From an uncultured Christensenella sp. (lineage in GTDB: Bacteria > Bacillota > Clostridia > Christensenellales > DTU072): a stretch of DNA of 64,000 nt. Location of the stretch: NCBI GenBank assembly GCA_964418255.1, contig CAYQKV010000002.1:108421-172420 (forward strand), in the 5' to 3' direction. This document shows positions 28,394-36,988 of the stretch, in pieces (position 1 is the stretch's first letter; each line of letters starts with the position of its first letter). The notes beneath the pieces are model-generated. The model was not told the DNA's origin. It saw nothing but the letters and a program-made list of their open reading frames with translations, and searched no databases. Made by a program: the position numbers and the translations under genes.

Positions 28394-29161
28394 ATGGAAA
28401 TAAGCGTATATTCTCTCGGGAGCGGGTCGAAAGGCAACTGTTTCATCCTTTCCGACGGGAAAACGAATATTATGATAGACGCGGGACTGAGTATCCGCGC
28501 TACGGTGAGCAAACTTGCGGAAATCGGCTTGCGTTTGCAGGACGTCGGCGGCATTTTGCTTACTCACGAACATAACGACCATATAAGGAGCCTTCCGCAA
28601 CTCAGTACGTATCTGTCCGTGTATTCGCACGAAGAAACCCTGCGCGAAGCGGAAAAAATCGACGGGACGAGGCTTGCTTCTCTTAACGTCGCGGATAAAG
28701 GGTTTTACATCGGCAACTTTTTTATAACGCCGTTCGACGTAAGCCACGACGCCGCGCACCCGTACGGGTTTGTGGTGGAGACGGAAAAAGAAAAAGTCGC
28801 TTACGTCACCGACACGGGGTATATCAGCAATGGCATTATGAAAAAAATCGAGGGGTGCGGAACCGCGATAATCGAGAGCAATCACGATAAAGAACTGCTT
28901 ATGCGAGGAGGGTACCCCGAGCGGCTCAAACGACGCATACTTTCCGACAAGGGACACCTATGCAACGAAGAAGCCGCGCTCACTGTAAGAGACCTCGTAA
29001 AGTCGGGCGCGAAACGTCTTATGCTCGCGCATTTAAGCGAAAACAACAACCTCGGAGAACTTGCGTATTGGACTACCGCAAAATTGCTTTCGGGAGTCGG
29101 AATACGTAAAGGCGACGTAAAACTTGCGGTGGCAAGACAAAGGGAAACGGTGATACTGTGA
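28394..29161 (+). CDS. MBL-fold metallo-hydrolase (YycJ/WalJ-like)
   Basis: SLGSGSKGNC...IDAG, then the HxHxDH motif LLTHEHNDHI. Confidence 0.8.
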   Translation: MEISVYSLGSGSKGNCFILSDGKTNIMIDAGLSIRATVSKLAEIGLRLQDVGGILLTHEHNDHIRSLPQLSTYLSVYSHEETLREAEKIDGTRLASLNVADKGFYIGNFFITPFDVSHDAAHPYGFVVETEKEKVAYVTDTGYISNGIMKKIEGCGTAIIESNHDKELLMRGGYPERLKRRILSDKGHLCNEEAALTVRDLVKSGAKRLMLAHLSENNNLGELAYWTTAKLLSGVGIRKGDVKLAVARQRETVIL

Positions 29162-30030
29162 CGGAAAAAACGGAAAGAGCGATAGACCAGAAATTCGCGG
29201 TGATTTCATACGCGGCGGCGGTGTGCATAAGCGCGGTGCTGTCCGCTCTCGTGCAGGCTACCGTAGAAAGCGGAACAAATCTCTATATTTACCTTGCCTA
29301 TCTGTTTCCGCAGATGGGATATATAGCGGTGTTCGCGGTTATGTGGCTTAGGTATAAGCATAGTTTCAAAACGTTGGTTAGAAGAGAAAACGTAAGAGGC
29401 GCGGACTACGTTTTAAGCGCGCTTATAGCGGTAGGACTACTGTTTTTCGCGCTTTTACCCAACTACGGAATGAACAGACTGTTCGAAGTTATGGGAATAA
29501 AGGCGAGCGTAATCGTGCCCGAAATGAATTACTGGTACGAATACGTTTTATGCGGAATAACTATCTGTTTATTGCCCGCGGTCGGAGAAGAACTTGTGTT
29601 CAGAAAGGCGTTCTGCGACGGAATGGAGAACGTGGCGGATTATAAAACCGTGCTGCTTTGCGGACTGTGTTTTTCCTTGTCTCACCTCAACGCCGCGCAG
29701 ACGGTGCACCAGTTCGTACTCGGGTGCGTGCTCGCCCTGGTTTACGTAAGGACGAAAAACGTAACCGTCACGATGACGATGCACTTTATAAACAACGCGC
29801 TCGCGCTGTATCTCGAACGGATAACGGGCGCGGAAGTATGGAATAATATAACGGTAACGGCGATTTGTTGCGCGGTTGGCGCGGTCGCGGTTGCGGTCGG
29901 GATTTACCTTTTGTTAAGAAAAGGAAAACTCGACAATAAAAAAGAAGGGAAAATCGAACCCGTCACAGTGATACTCATAGCCGTGCTGAGCGCGGCGTGG
30001 GCGATTACGTTCGGGTTTGCTTTCAGATAA
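29158..30030 (+). CDS. CPBP-family intramembrane glutamic endopeptidase (CAAX protease-like)
   Basis: Motifs EELVFR, FSLSH and HFINN. The GTG start overlaps the upstream stop (GTGA). Confidence 0.8.
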   Translation: MTEKTERAIDQKFAVISYAAAVCISAVLSALVQATVESGTNLYIYLAYLFPQMGYIAVFAVMWLRYKHSFKTLVRRENVRGADYVLSALIAVGLLFFALLPNYGMNRLFEVMGIKASVIVPEMNYWYEYVLCGITICLLPAVGEELVFRKAFCDGMENVADYKTVLLCGLCFSLSHLNAAQTVHQFVLGCVLALVYVRTKNVTVTMTMHFINNALALYLERITGAEVWNNITVTAICCAVGAVAVAVGIYLLLRKGKLDNKKEGKIEPVTVILIAVLSAAWAITFGFAFR

Positions 30031-30044
30031 AAATCGGAGGAAAT

Positions 30045-31058
30045 GTGACGAAAACTTTCAAAACGTGCGCAATTTTTTGTTTTACCACCCTGTGGCTGGT
30101 AATTATGCGCATTATCGTGAGCGCAATAAACCTTTCTGATAACGTTGCCGACTGGGTATTTTCTTTCTGTGTGCAGGTTATAGGGCTGGGCGCAATTCCT
30201 ATGCTCTTGTATAAGTTCTGGGTGAAAGAGGACGTAAAAACGGGCTTTTTCTTCAACGTCAAAATCAACCCGCTTATTTATTTGATTGCCGTAGGCGTCG
30301 GGTTGTCTTTGCATTTTCTCATTCGTTCGGTTTCCGTGCTGTGGCAGAGCGTCGCGATTATGATGGGATACACGCCGTCGAACAGCGTGGGAACGATTTA
30401 TTCGGGTCCGGAAGTTCTTATAATGAGTTTGCTTTGTACCGCAGTTCTGCCCGCGATTTTCGAAGAGACGACTTATCGCGGACTGGGTATGCAGATGCTT
30501 TCGGCGGTTAAGGACGAAAAAACCGTTATTCTGATAATGGGATTATTGTTCGGACTCGGGCATCAGTTCATTTTGCAGACGGGATACGCGTTCGTCGCGG
30601 GAATGGCGTTCGCGTACCTCGCAATTAAAACGAAGAGCATAATTCCGGGTATGATTATCCACTTTATAAACAATGGACTCAGCGTGATAAGCGAGTACTC
30701 GGAACAGAGACAAAACGCGTATTACGCTATGGAAACAAGCATAAACAACGTGCTTTTCCGTTCTTACGGAACGGTAATACTGACGCTCGTCGTTTCCGCG
30801 GCGGTTACGGTCGGACTGCTGTACGCGGCTAAAAATCTCACGAAAAAATCGCGCGTAGAAGAAAACGCGGAAGAGGGGACTTATTTTTATCCGAACACGA
30901 CGCAGTATATCGACGATTTGTTCGGAAAATCTTTGAGAGCGGAAGTAAAAGTCAGACCCGAATCGGTCGCCTGGTACGAATACGCGTTTTTATACGGAGC
31001 GATTGCGATTATGACGCTCACGACCGTGTTCACCTTCGTATGGGGCGTTATGCAATGA
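30045..31058 (+). CDS. CPBP-family intramembrane glutamic endopeptidase, second paralog
   Basis: Motifs FEETTYRG, GLGH and HFINN. The GTG at 30045, with GGAGG upstream, is preferred over the track ATG at 29997. Confidence 0.8.
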   Translation: MTKTFKTCAIFCFTTLWLVIMRIIVSAINLSDNVADWVFSFCVQVIGLGAIPMLLYKFWVKEDVKTGFFFNVKINPLIYLIAVGVGLSLHFLIRSVSVLWQSVAIMMGYTPSNSVGTIYSGPEVLIMSLLCTAVLPAIFEETTYRGLGMQMLSAVKDEKTVILIMGLLFGLGHQFILQTGYAFVAGMAFAYLAIKTKSIIPGMIIHFINNGLSVISEYSEQRQNAYYAMETSINNVLFRSYGTVILTLVVSAAVTVGLLYAAKNLTKKSRVEENAEEGTYFYPNTTQYIDDLFGKSLRAEVKVRPESVAWYEYAFLYGAIAIMTLTTVFTFVWGVMQ

Positions 31059-31495
31059 TAAAACTCAATATAGTCGCGGTGGGGAAAATCAAAGAAACGT
31101 TTTTTACCGAAGCGGTAAACGAATATGCAAAACGTATCGGGCGTTTCGCCTCGCTTAAAATAATCGAACTTTCCGAAAGACGAACGATAGAGGAAGAAGG
31201 AGAGGAGATACTCGCAAAAGCGAGCGGAACGGTTGTCGCGACCGACGTAAAAGGCGAGCTTGTTTCCAGCGAAGATTTGGCTCGACTTATAAAAAACGAG
31301 GCGAATTACGGAAAAAGCGAAATTACTTTCGTCATCGGAAGCAGCGAAGGGCTTTCCGACAAGGTAAAAAAATCGGCGGATAAAAGAATCTCTTTCGGCA
31401 AAGTCACGTTTCCGCACCAGCTTATGCGCGTGATACTATCCGAACAGCTTTACCGCGCGATGACGATACTTAACAACGTTACTTACCATAAGTAA
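31055..31495 (+). CDS. rlmH: 23S rRNA (pseudouridine1915-N3)-methyltransferase RlmH
   Basis: MIKLNIVAVGKIKE...EY.KRI N-terminus and a SPOUT C-terminus (SFGKVTFPHQLMRVILSEQLYRA). ATGA overlap with the upstream gene. Confidence 0.9.
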   Translation: MIKLNIVAVGKIKETFFTEAVNEYAKRIGRFASLKIIELSERRTIEEEGEEILAKASGTVVATDVKGELVSSEDLARLIKNEANYGKSEITFVIGSSEGLSDKVKKSADKRISFGKVTFPHQLMRVILSEQLYRAMTILNNVTYHK

Positions 31496-31557
31496 CCGCC
31501 TTAAAACGACAAGAGAACGGGTATATAACGAGTGAAACCGTCATATACTTCGTTATT

Positions 31558-32403
31558 ATGATAAAATTAAACGATAAACTAACCCGGTGTTATGAAAAAC
31601 TGGGTCGCATTGCCGCGTCCGAAACCGTAGGGAAAAGCGTTCTCGGCAGGGAAATCAGAATGTTTCGGTTCGGAAACAACCCGAAAACATTGATTTTCGG
31701 CGGCATACACGCGCGCGAGTGGATAACCGTTCTTCTTTTAAGCGAACTCTCGGAAAGAGAGGGGAAAAACGCAAAATACGGTTTCGACCTCGTGCCCTGT
31801 CTCAATCCCGACGGAATGAGCCTGTGTCTCGACGGAATAGGGTCGGTTCCCGACGAAAAACTCGGGAAAGAACTGATAAAAATCAACGGCGGAGCGGACT
31901 TTTCGCAATGGAAAGCCAACGCGAGAGGAGTAGACCTCAACGTCAATTTCGACGCGGACTGGGGAGAGGGAAGATATAACGTAACCGAACCCGCGCCCGC
32001 AAACTACATAGGAAGGGAACCTTTCAGCGAGCCCGAAACGCGCGCCGCGGCGTCACTTATGCAAAGAGGATACTCCCTTGTAGTGAGTTATCACTCCCTC
32101 GGGGAAGAAATTTACTGGGGGTACGAAAGTAATTTCAGACACTACGCGGAAGCCAAAGAGTACGCGGAGAAGGTAGGATACAGACTTAAACGGAGCGAAA
32201 ATTCCTCGGGCGGATTAAAGGACTTCTACGCGCTTTCTTACGACGGACTGGGACTTACGGTGGAAGTGGGCGAGGAAAAGGAAGGACATCCGTATCCCGA
32301 AGAGAAACTTACGTCGCTTGTAAAAAGACACGAAGGAAGCATAGAACTGCTTACCTCGCTTGGAGAAAGAATAAATGCAAGACTTTATGGAGGAAGCGCT
32401 TAA
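31558..32403 (+). CDS. M14-family zinc carboxypeptidase (gamma-D-glutamyl-meso-DAP peptidase-like)
   Basis: Zn-binding HxxE motif GGIHAREWIT, then the downstream SYHS motif. Confidence 0.75.
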   Translation: MIKLNDKLTRCYEKLGRIAASETVGKSVLGREIRMFRFGNNPKTLIFGGIHAREWITVLLLSELSEREGKNAKYGFDLVPCLNPDGMSLCLDGIGSVPDEKLGKELIKINGGADFSQWKANARGVDLNVNFDADWGEGRYNVTEPAPANYIGREPFSEPETRAAASLMQRGYSLVVSYHSLGEEIYWGYESNFRHYAEAKEYAEKVGYRLKRSENSSGGLKDFYALSYDGLGLTVEVGEEKEGHPYPEEKLTSLVKRHEGSIELLTSLGERINARLYGGSA

Positions 32404-32821
32404 AGAAGCGAAAAAAGCGTATAAGAAAGACGAGGTGCCCGTCGGGTGCGTCGTCGTTTGCGACGGCAAAATAATCGCGAGAGCGCACAATAGCAAAATT
32501 TCCGACAACGACTCGCTTGCGCACGCGGAAATCAAAGCGCTTAAAAAAGCGCAGAAATTTTTAGGGACGAAATACTTGTACGACTGCGAAATGTTCGTCA
32601 CGCTTGAACCTTGCGCAATGTGCGCGGGAGCGATAGTAAACGCGCGACTCGGGAAACTTCACTATGCGGTTAAAGAACCCAAAACAGGGTGTTGCGGAAG
32701 CGTTTGCAACCTCGTAAACGGGACGTTTAACCACACGGCGGAAGTGTTTTGCGGGGAAAAGGAAGAGGAAGCGAAAAAACTTTTGCAGGAGTTTTTCAAA
32801 GAAAAGAGGAGAGACAAATGA
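32375..32821 (+). CDS. tadA: tRNA adenosine(34) deaminase TadA
   Basis: CMP/dCMP deaminase motifs HAE(IKAL) and PCAMCAGA. Confidence 0.9.
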   Translation: MQDFMEEALKEAKKAYKKDEVPVGCVVVCDGKIIARAHNSKISDNDSLAHAEIKALKKAQKFLGTKYLYDCEMFVTLEPCAMCAGAIVNARLGKLHYAVKEPKTGCCGSVCNLVNGTFNHTAEVFCGEKEEEAKKLLQEFFKEKRRDK

Positions 32822-33384
32822 TAATAATCGGACTGGGAAACCCGGGGGTGCAGTATAAAGGAACCTATCATAACGCGGGGTACGGCGTAGCGGAAGCGGC
32901 GGCGAAACTCGTAGGGAAAAAAATAAACAGGGCGGAATGCAATTCGCTTACCGCCGTCACCGAATATAAGGGGAGCAAGCTCGTTATCGCCAAACCGCTT
33001 ACATATATGAACAACAGCGGAGAAGCGGTCGCAAGCCTGGTCGCAAAATACGGAAAAGAAGCGGGGGAAGCGTTCGTCTGTTACGACGATATAGACCTCG
33101 AAAGATTTTCCGTGCGGATACGGGCAAAGGGAAGTGGCGGAACGCATAACGGAATGCGCGACGTTGTACGGGTAATGAAGACGGAGGATATAAAACGGCT
33201 CAGGGTCGGCATAGGAAAACCCGACTATAATCTGAGAGACTACGTCCTTGACAAACCCGCGAAAGACGACGGAAAAAAATTCGAAGAAGTGTTCGACGAA
33301 TGTGCGAAACTGCTTTTAGCCTACGCCGCCGACGGGGACTTCGATAAACTTATGAGAGAGGGAAATTCTCTTGGCAACAGATAA
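32818..33384 (+). CDS. pth: Peptidyl-tRNA hydrolase
   Basis: MIIIGLGNPG..Y..T.HN.G N-terminus, and GTHNGMRD. The ATG at 32818 overlaps the tadA stop. Confidence 0.9.
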   Translation: MIIIGLGNPGVQYKGTYHNAGYGVAEAAAKLVGKKINRAECNSLTAVTEYKGSKLVIAKPLTYMNNSGEAVASLVAKYGKEAGEAFVCYDDIDLERFSVRIRAKGSGGTHNGMRDVVRVMKTEDIKRLRVGIGKPDYNLRDYVLDKPAKDDGKKFEEVFDECAKLLLAYAADGDFDKLMREGNSLGNR

Positions 33385-36300
33385 AATCTTTTCTCCCGAA
33401 AAAGGCGCGATAGGAGAAATAAAGAAAAACATAAACGCGGGAAGGAACGTAACCGTCTTTAACGCCGCGCCGAACAACCGCAGACACATAGCTTCCGCGC
33501 TCGGTAAAAAGTTTATCTACGTAGTCGCGGACGTAAGCGAAGCGAGGAAAACGTGCGACAGACTTAACGAATACGGCGAGGGCGTTTACGCGGTGATGCC
33601 CGAAAAGGAAGACCCCCTCGTTAAACGCAAAATGTGCGACTATTCCGCGCTCGGCGAGAGAATGAGCGTACTTAACGGACTGTCGAATAAAACCCTTGAC
33701 GGAGTGGTAGTCACCTGCGAAAGTCTGCTTGCGAGATACCCCGAAAAAAACAGATTTCTTTCTTCACGCATAGTTTTGAAAAAAGGGGAAGAAACCGAAA
33801 CTTCCGCTTTGACCGAAAGACTGCTTTTCGCAGGATATAAACGGGTCGCGGAGACGGATAAACCCGGTTCGTTCAGGCTTTCCGGCGACTGCCTGGAAAT
33901 CTTTCCGACTACCGAAAGCAACCCTTTAAGGGTGGATTTTTTCGGCGACGAGGTCGAGTCAATCCGCGTTTTCACACCCGAAACGCACGTCTCGGGAGAA
34001 GAACGCGAAACTTTGGAAATTCTTCCGGCAAGCGACATTTTAGTGCGCCGAGACGAAGTAAACGGTATCCTTAACTCGCTCAAAAAGGCGATACGCTTAG
34101 TCAAACCCGAATACAGAAACGCAATGGCGGAAGAGGGAGAAGAATTTGTAAACAATCCGTCTTCGCCTCTGAATACTTTTATGCTTCCCTTCCTCGAAGA
34201 GCAGACGGGAAGTTTTCTTTCGTACGCGGACGGGTACGTTCTCGTAATAGACGACGCGAGACAGATTACCGATAAACTCAAACTTACCGCGAAAGCCTGC
34301 GAAAACCGCGCGGAAGCGATGGCGGAAGGGGGCAAAGCGTTGCCTTGCCACAGGCGTTCGATATTTTCCGCGGAAGAAGGAATAAAGTTCGGCGGAACGA
34401 CGCTCGCGTTCGGGAGAATGACGGCTTCGTCGGGGTATTTTACTCCGCAGGAAGTTTTCGATTTGAAAACCACGCCGCTGCCCCCATACTACAACGATAT
34501 GGAAGGCTTTTTTACGACGGTAAAACAGATGCTTATTCGCGGAGTGAAAATAAGGGCGTACGCAAAAGACGAAAATTCCAAACGCGCGCTCATCGAGGCG
34601 TTCAACGAGCACGACGTGGGAATAGCGGACGGGTTCGACGAAAAAGCGGATATAGCGATAGAGGTCGGGAAAGTCGGCTACGGGTTCGTTTATCCCACGG
34701 AAAAACTTCTGTGCATAGGAATTTACGACCTCGTCAGAAAGAACGCGCCGATAAGGACGGCGAAAAAGAAACCCATAACGTTCGAACTCCCGATGAAAGG
34801 GGATTACGTCGTCCACGAAAAGCACGGCATAGGCATAAGCGAAGGTATGCAGAGGGTGAAAACCCTTTCGGGCGAGAAAGATTTCTTCGTCGTACTTTAC
34901 CGCGGAGGAGACAGGCTTTTCTTGCCCGTGGAACAACTTGACGCGATAGAAAAATACAACGGTTCGGACAAGCCCGCTTTGCACAGACTGGGCGGCGCGG
35001 AGTTCGAACGGGTCAAGAACAGAGTGCGGGAAAGCGTCAAGGAAATGGCGATAGACCTTTTGGAAATCTATCGGGCGAGAGCGGGGAGAAAAGGGCACGT
35101 CTACCAGCCCGACACGCCGTGGCAGAAAGAACTCGAAGACGACTTCGAATTTACCGAAACCGACGACCAGCTCGACGCGATAGCCGCGGTAAAACGCGAT
35201 ATGGAAAGCGGCAGGATAATGGACAGACTTATCTGCGGAGACGTGGGATACGGGAAGACGGAAGTCGCCGTGCGGGCGATTTTCAAGACGGTTATCGAGG
35301 GTAAACAGGCGGCGATTCTCGCCCCTACGACCGTTCTCGCTCAACAACACTACAATCTTTTAAGCGCGAGAATGAACAAATTCAAGCTGAAAATCGAGCT
35401 TCTGAGCCGTTTTGCGCAGCCCGCGGAGATGAGGGAAGCGTTAAAGAGGATAAAGAGCGGAGAGAGCAATATTATCGTCGCGACGCACAGAATTTTGGGG
35501 AAAGACGTGGTTTTTAACGACCTCGGGCTTCTCGTGCTCGACGAAGAACAGAGATTCGGCGTGGAGCAGAAAGAAAAACTGAAAGGGATAAAAAACACGG
35601 TGAACGTGCTCAGTCTGTCGGCTACGCCGATACCCAGAACTCTTCATATGGCGTTGTCGGGGATACGGGATATTTCCACGCTGGAAACTCCGCCGAAAAA
35701 CCGTTTGCCCGTTGAGACATACGTCACAGAGTATTCCGACGAACTTCTGGGCGACGCGCTCGGAAGGGAAATAGGTCGGGGCGGTCAGGCGTTCGTTCTG
35801 TACAACCGCGTGCAGGGAATTGAAAAGTTTTATCAAAAAGTGCAGGAAATCGTGGGAGAAAAGGGAAAAGTCGTCTACGCTCACGGGCAGATGAACGAAG
35901 AAGACCTCGAAGACGCGATTAAAAAATTCTACGACGGGGAAGCGAACGTGCTCGTTTCCACTACGATTATCGAAAACGGGATTGACTTACCCAACGCGAA
36001 CACTCTTTTCGTGCTCGACGCCGACAGGCTCGGACTGAGCCAGTTGTACCAGCTCAGAGGAAGGGTAGGAAGAAGCGATACCCTCGCGTACGCGTATTTC
36101 ACCGTGCGGGAAGGGAAAGTGCTTACCGAAAACGCGGCGAACAGACTGGACGCGCTTATGGCGCATACCGAACTCGGGAGCGGATTTAAGATAGCGATGC
36201 GGGATTTGGAAATCCGCGGAGCGGGCAATATCTTAGGCAGAGAACAGCACGGACAGATGGAAAAAGTCGGGTACGATATGTATCTCAAACTCATCCGCGA

Positions 36301-36790
36301 AGGCGTGGAAGAAGCGATGGGACATTCGGTGGAAGAACAAAAAGAAACCGAACTGAAAATCGACGGGGATTTCGCGCTCGAAGAAAATTATATAAAAGAC
36401 GCGAAAGCGAGAATAGCGATATACCGCGCGGCGGCGGAGCTTGTTTCCACCGAAGAGGGGAACGAGTTTTACAAAAAAACCGCGGCGGCGTACGGGGAAA
36501 ACTCAAGGTTAAAAAACATAGTGAGAATGGGAATTCTGAAAAATCTCGCGAAAAAAACCGGAGTGAAAAAAGCGGTGGCGGACGGCTCGGGAACGGGACT
36601 GTTTTTCGCCGATTCGCGTATTCTCGCCGACGAAAAATTGTTCTTTGCGCTGGAAAAATACAAAAAAGCCGCCGTGCTATGCCCGACTAATCCGCCGAGC
36701 GTGATTTTCGGCGGAATAAACAGACCGATAGGCGCGAGGATAAAAGAACTCAAAGATTTTCTCGAAGAGGTTGCGGGTAAAACCGAATAA
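33371..36790 (+). CDS. mfd: Transcription-repair coupling factor Mfd
   Basis: 1139 aa. CarD-like segment (GDYVVHEKHGIG), SF2 helicase motifs (GDVGYGKTEVA, DEEQRFGV, SATPIPRT) and a TRCF C-terminal domain. Confidence 0.95.
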   Translation: MATDKIFSPEKGAIGEIKKNINAGRNVTVFNAAPNNRRHIASALGKKFIYVVADVSEARKTCDRLNEYGEGVYAVMPEKEDPLVKRKMCDYSALGERMSVLNGLSNKTLDGVVVTCESLLARYPEKNRFLSSRIVLKKGEETETSALTERLLFAGYKRVAETDKPGSFRLSGDCLEIFPTTESNPLRVDFFGDEVESIRVFTPETHVSGEERETLEILPASDILVRRDEVNGILNSLKKAIRLVKPEYRNAMAEEGEEFVNNPSSPLNTFMLPFLEEQTGSFLSYADGYVLVIDDARQITDKLKLTAKACENRAEAMAEGGKALPCHRRSIFSAEEGIKFGGTTLAFGRMTASSGYFTPQEVFDLKTTPLPPYYNDMEGFFTTVKQMLIRGVKIRAYAKDENSKRALIEAFNEHDVGIADGFDEKADIAIEVGKVGYGFVYPTEKLLCIGIYDLVRKNAPIRTAKKKPITFELPMKGDYVVHEKHGIGISEGMQRVKTLSGEKDFFVVLYRGGDRLFLPVEQLDAIEKYNGSDKPALHRLGGAEFERVKNRVRESVKEMAIDLLEIYRARAGRKGHVYQPDTPWQKELEDDFEFTETDDQLDAIAAVKRDMESGRIMDRLICGDVGYGKTEVAVRAIFKTVIEGKQAAILAPTTVLAQQHYNLLSARMNKFKLKIELLSRFAQPAEMREALKRIKSGESNIIVATHRILGKDVVFNDLGLLVLDEEQRFGVEQKEKLKGIKNTVNVLSLSATPIPRTLHMALSGIRDISTLETPPKNRLPVETYVTEYSDELLGDALGREIGRGGQAFVLYNRVQGIEKFYQKVQEIVGEKGKVVYAHGQMNEEDLEDAIKKFYDGEANVLVSTTIIENGIDLPNANTLFVLDADRLGLSQLYQLRGRVGRSDTLAYAYFTVREGKVLTENAANRLDALMAHTELGSGFKIAMRDLEIRGAGNILGREQHGQMEKVGYDMYLKLIREGVEEAMGHSVEEQKETELKIDGDFALEENYIKDAKARIAIYRAAAELVSTEEGNEFYKKTAAAYGENSRLKNIVRMGILKNLAKKTGVKKAVADGSGTGLFFADSRILADEKLFFALEKYKKAAVLCPTNPPSVIFGGINRPIGARIKELKDFLEEVAGKTE

Positions 36791-36988
36791 CGCGGAATTA
36801 AAACCGAAGAGTCCGTCTTTTCGCATAAATAAACGCAATCTGTTTTTTCCGAATTCTTAAATTTACTTGCTTTCCGTAGGAAAGTAGTGTATACTCTTAT
36901 GAGTAGCTTGTCGGCAAGCGGGTTTTCGCTTACCGTCGAAGCGATTCGGGCGCGGAAAACCGCGGTATCAACTCTAAGAAGGAGTAGG

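Noticed and set aside
33640-36294. Minus-strand and alternative-frame ORFs within mfd (33640..34473, 34097..35350, 35441..35884, 35929..36294 and others)
   Set aside because: They overlap a full-length Mfd with all helicase motifs, so they are shadow ORFs.
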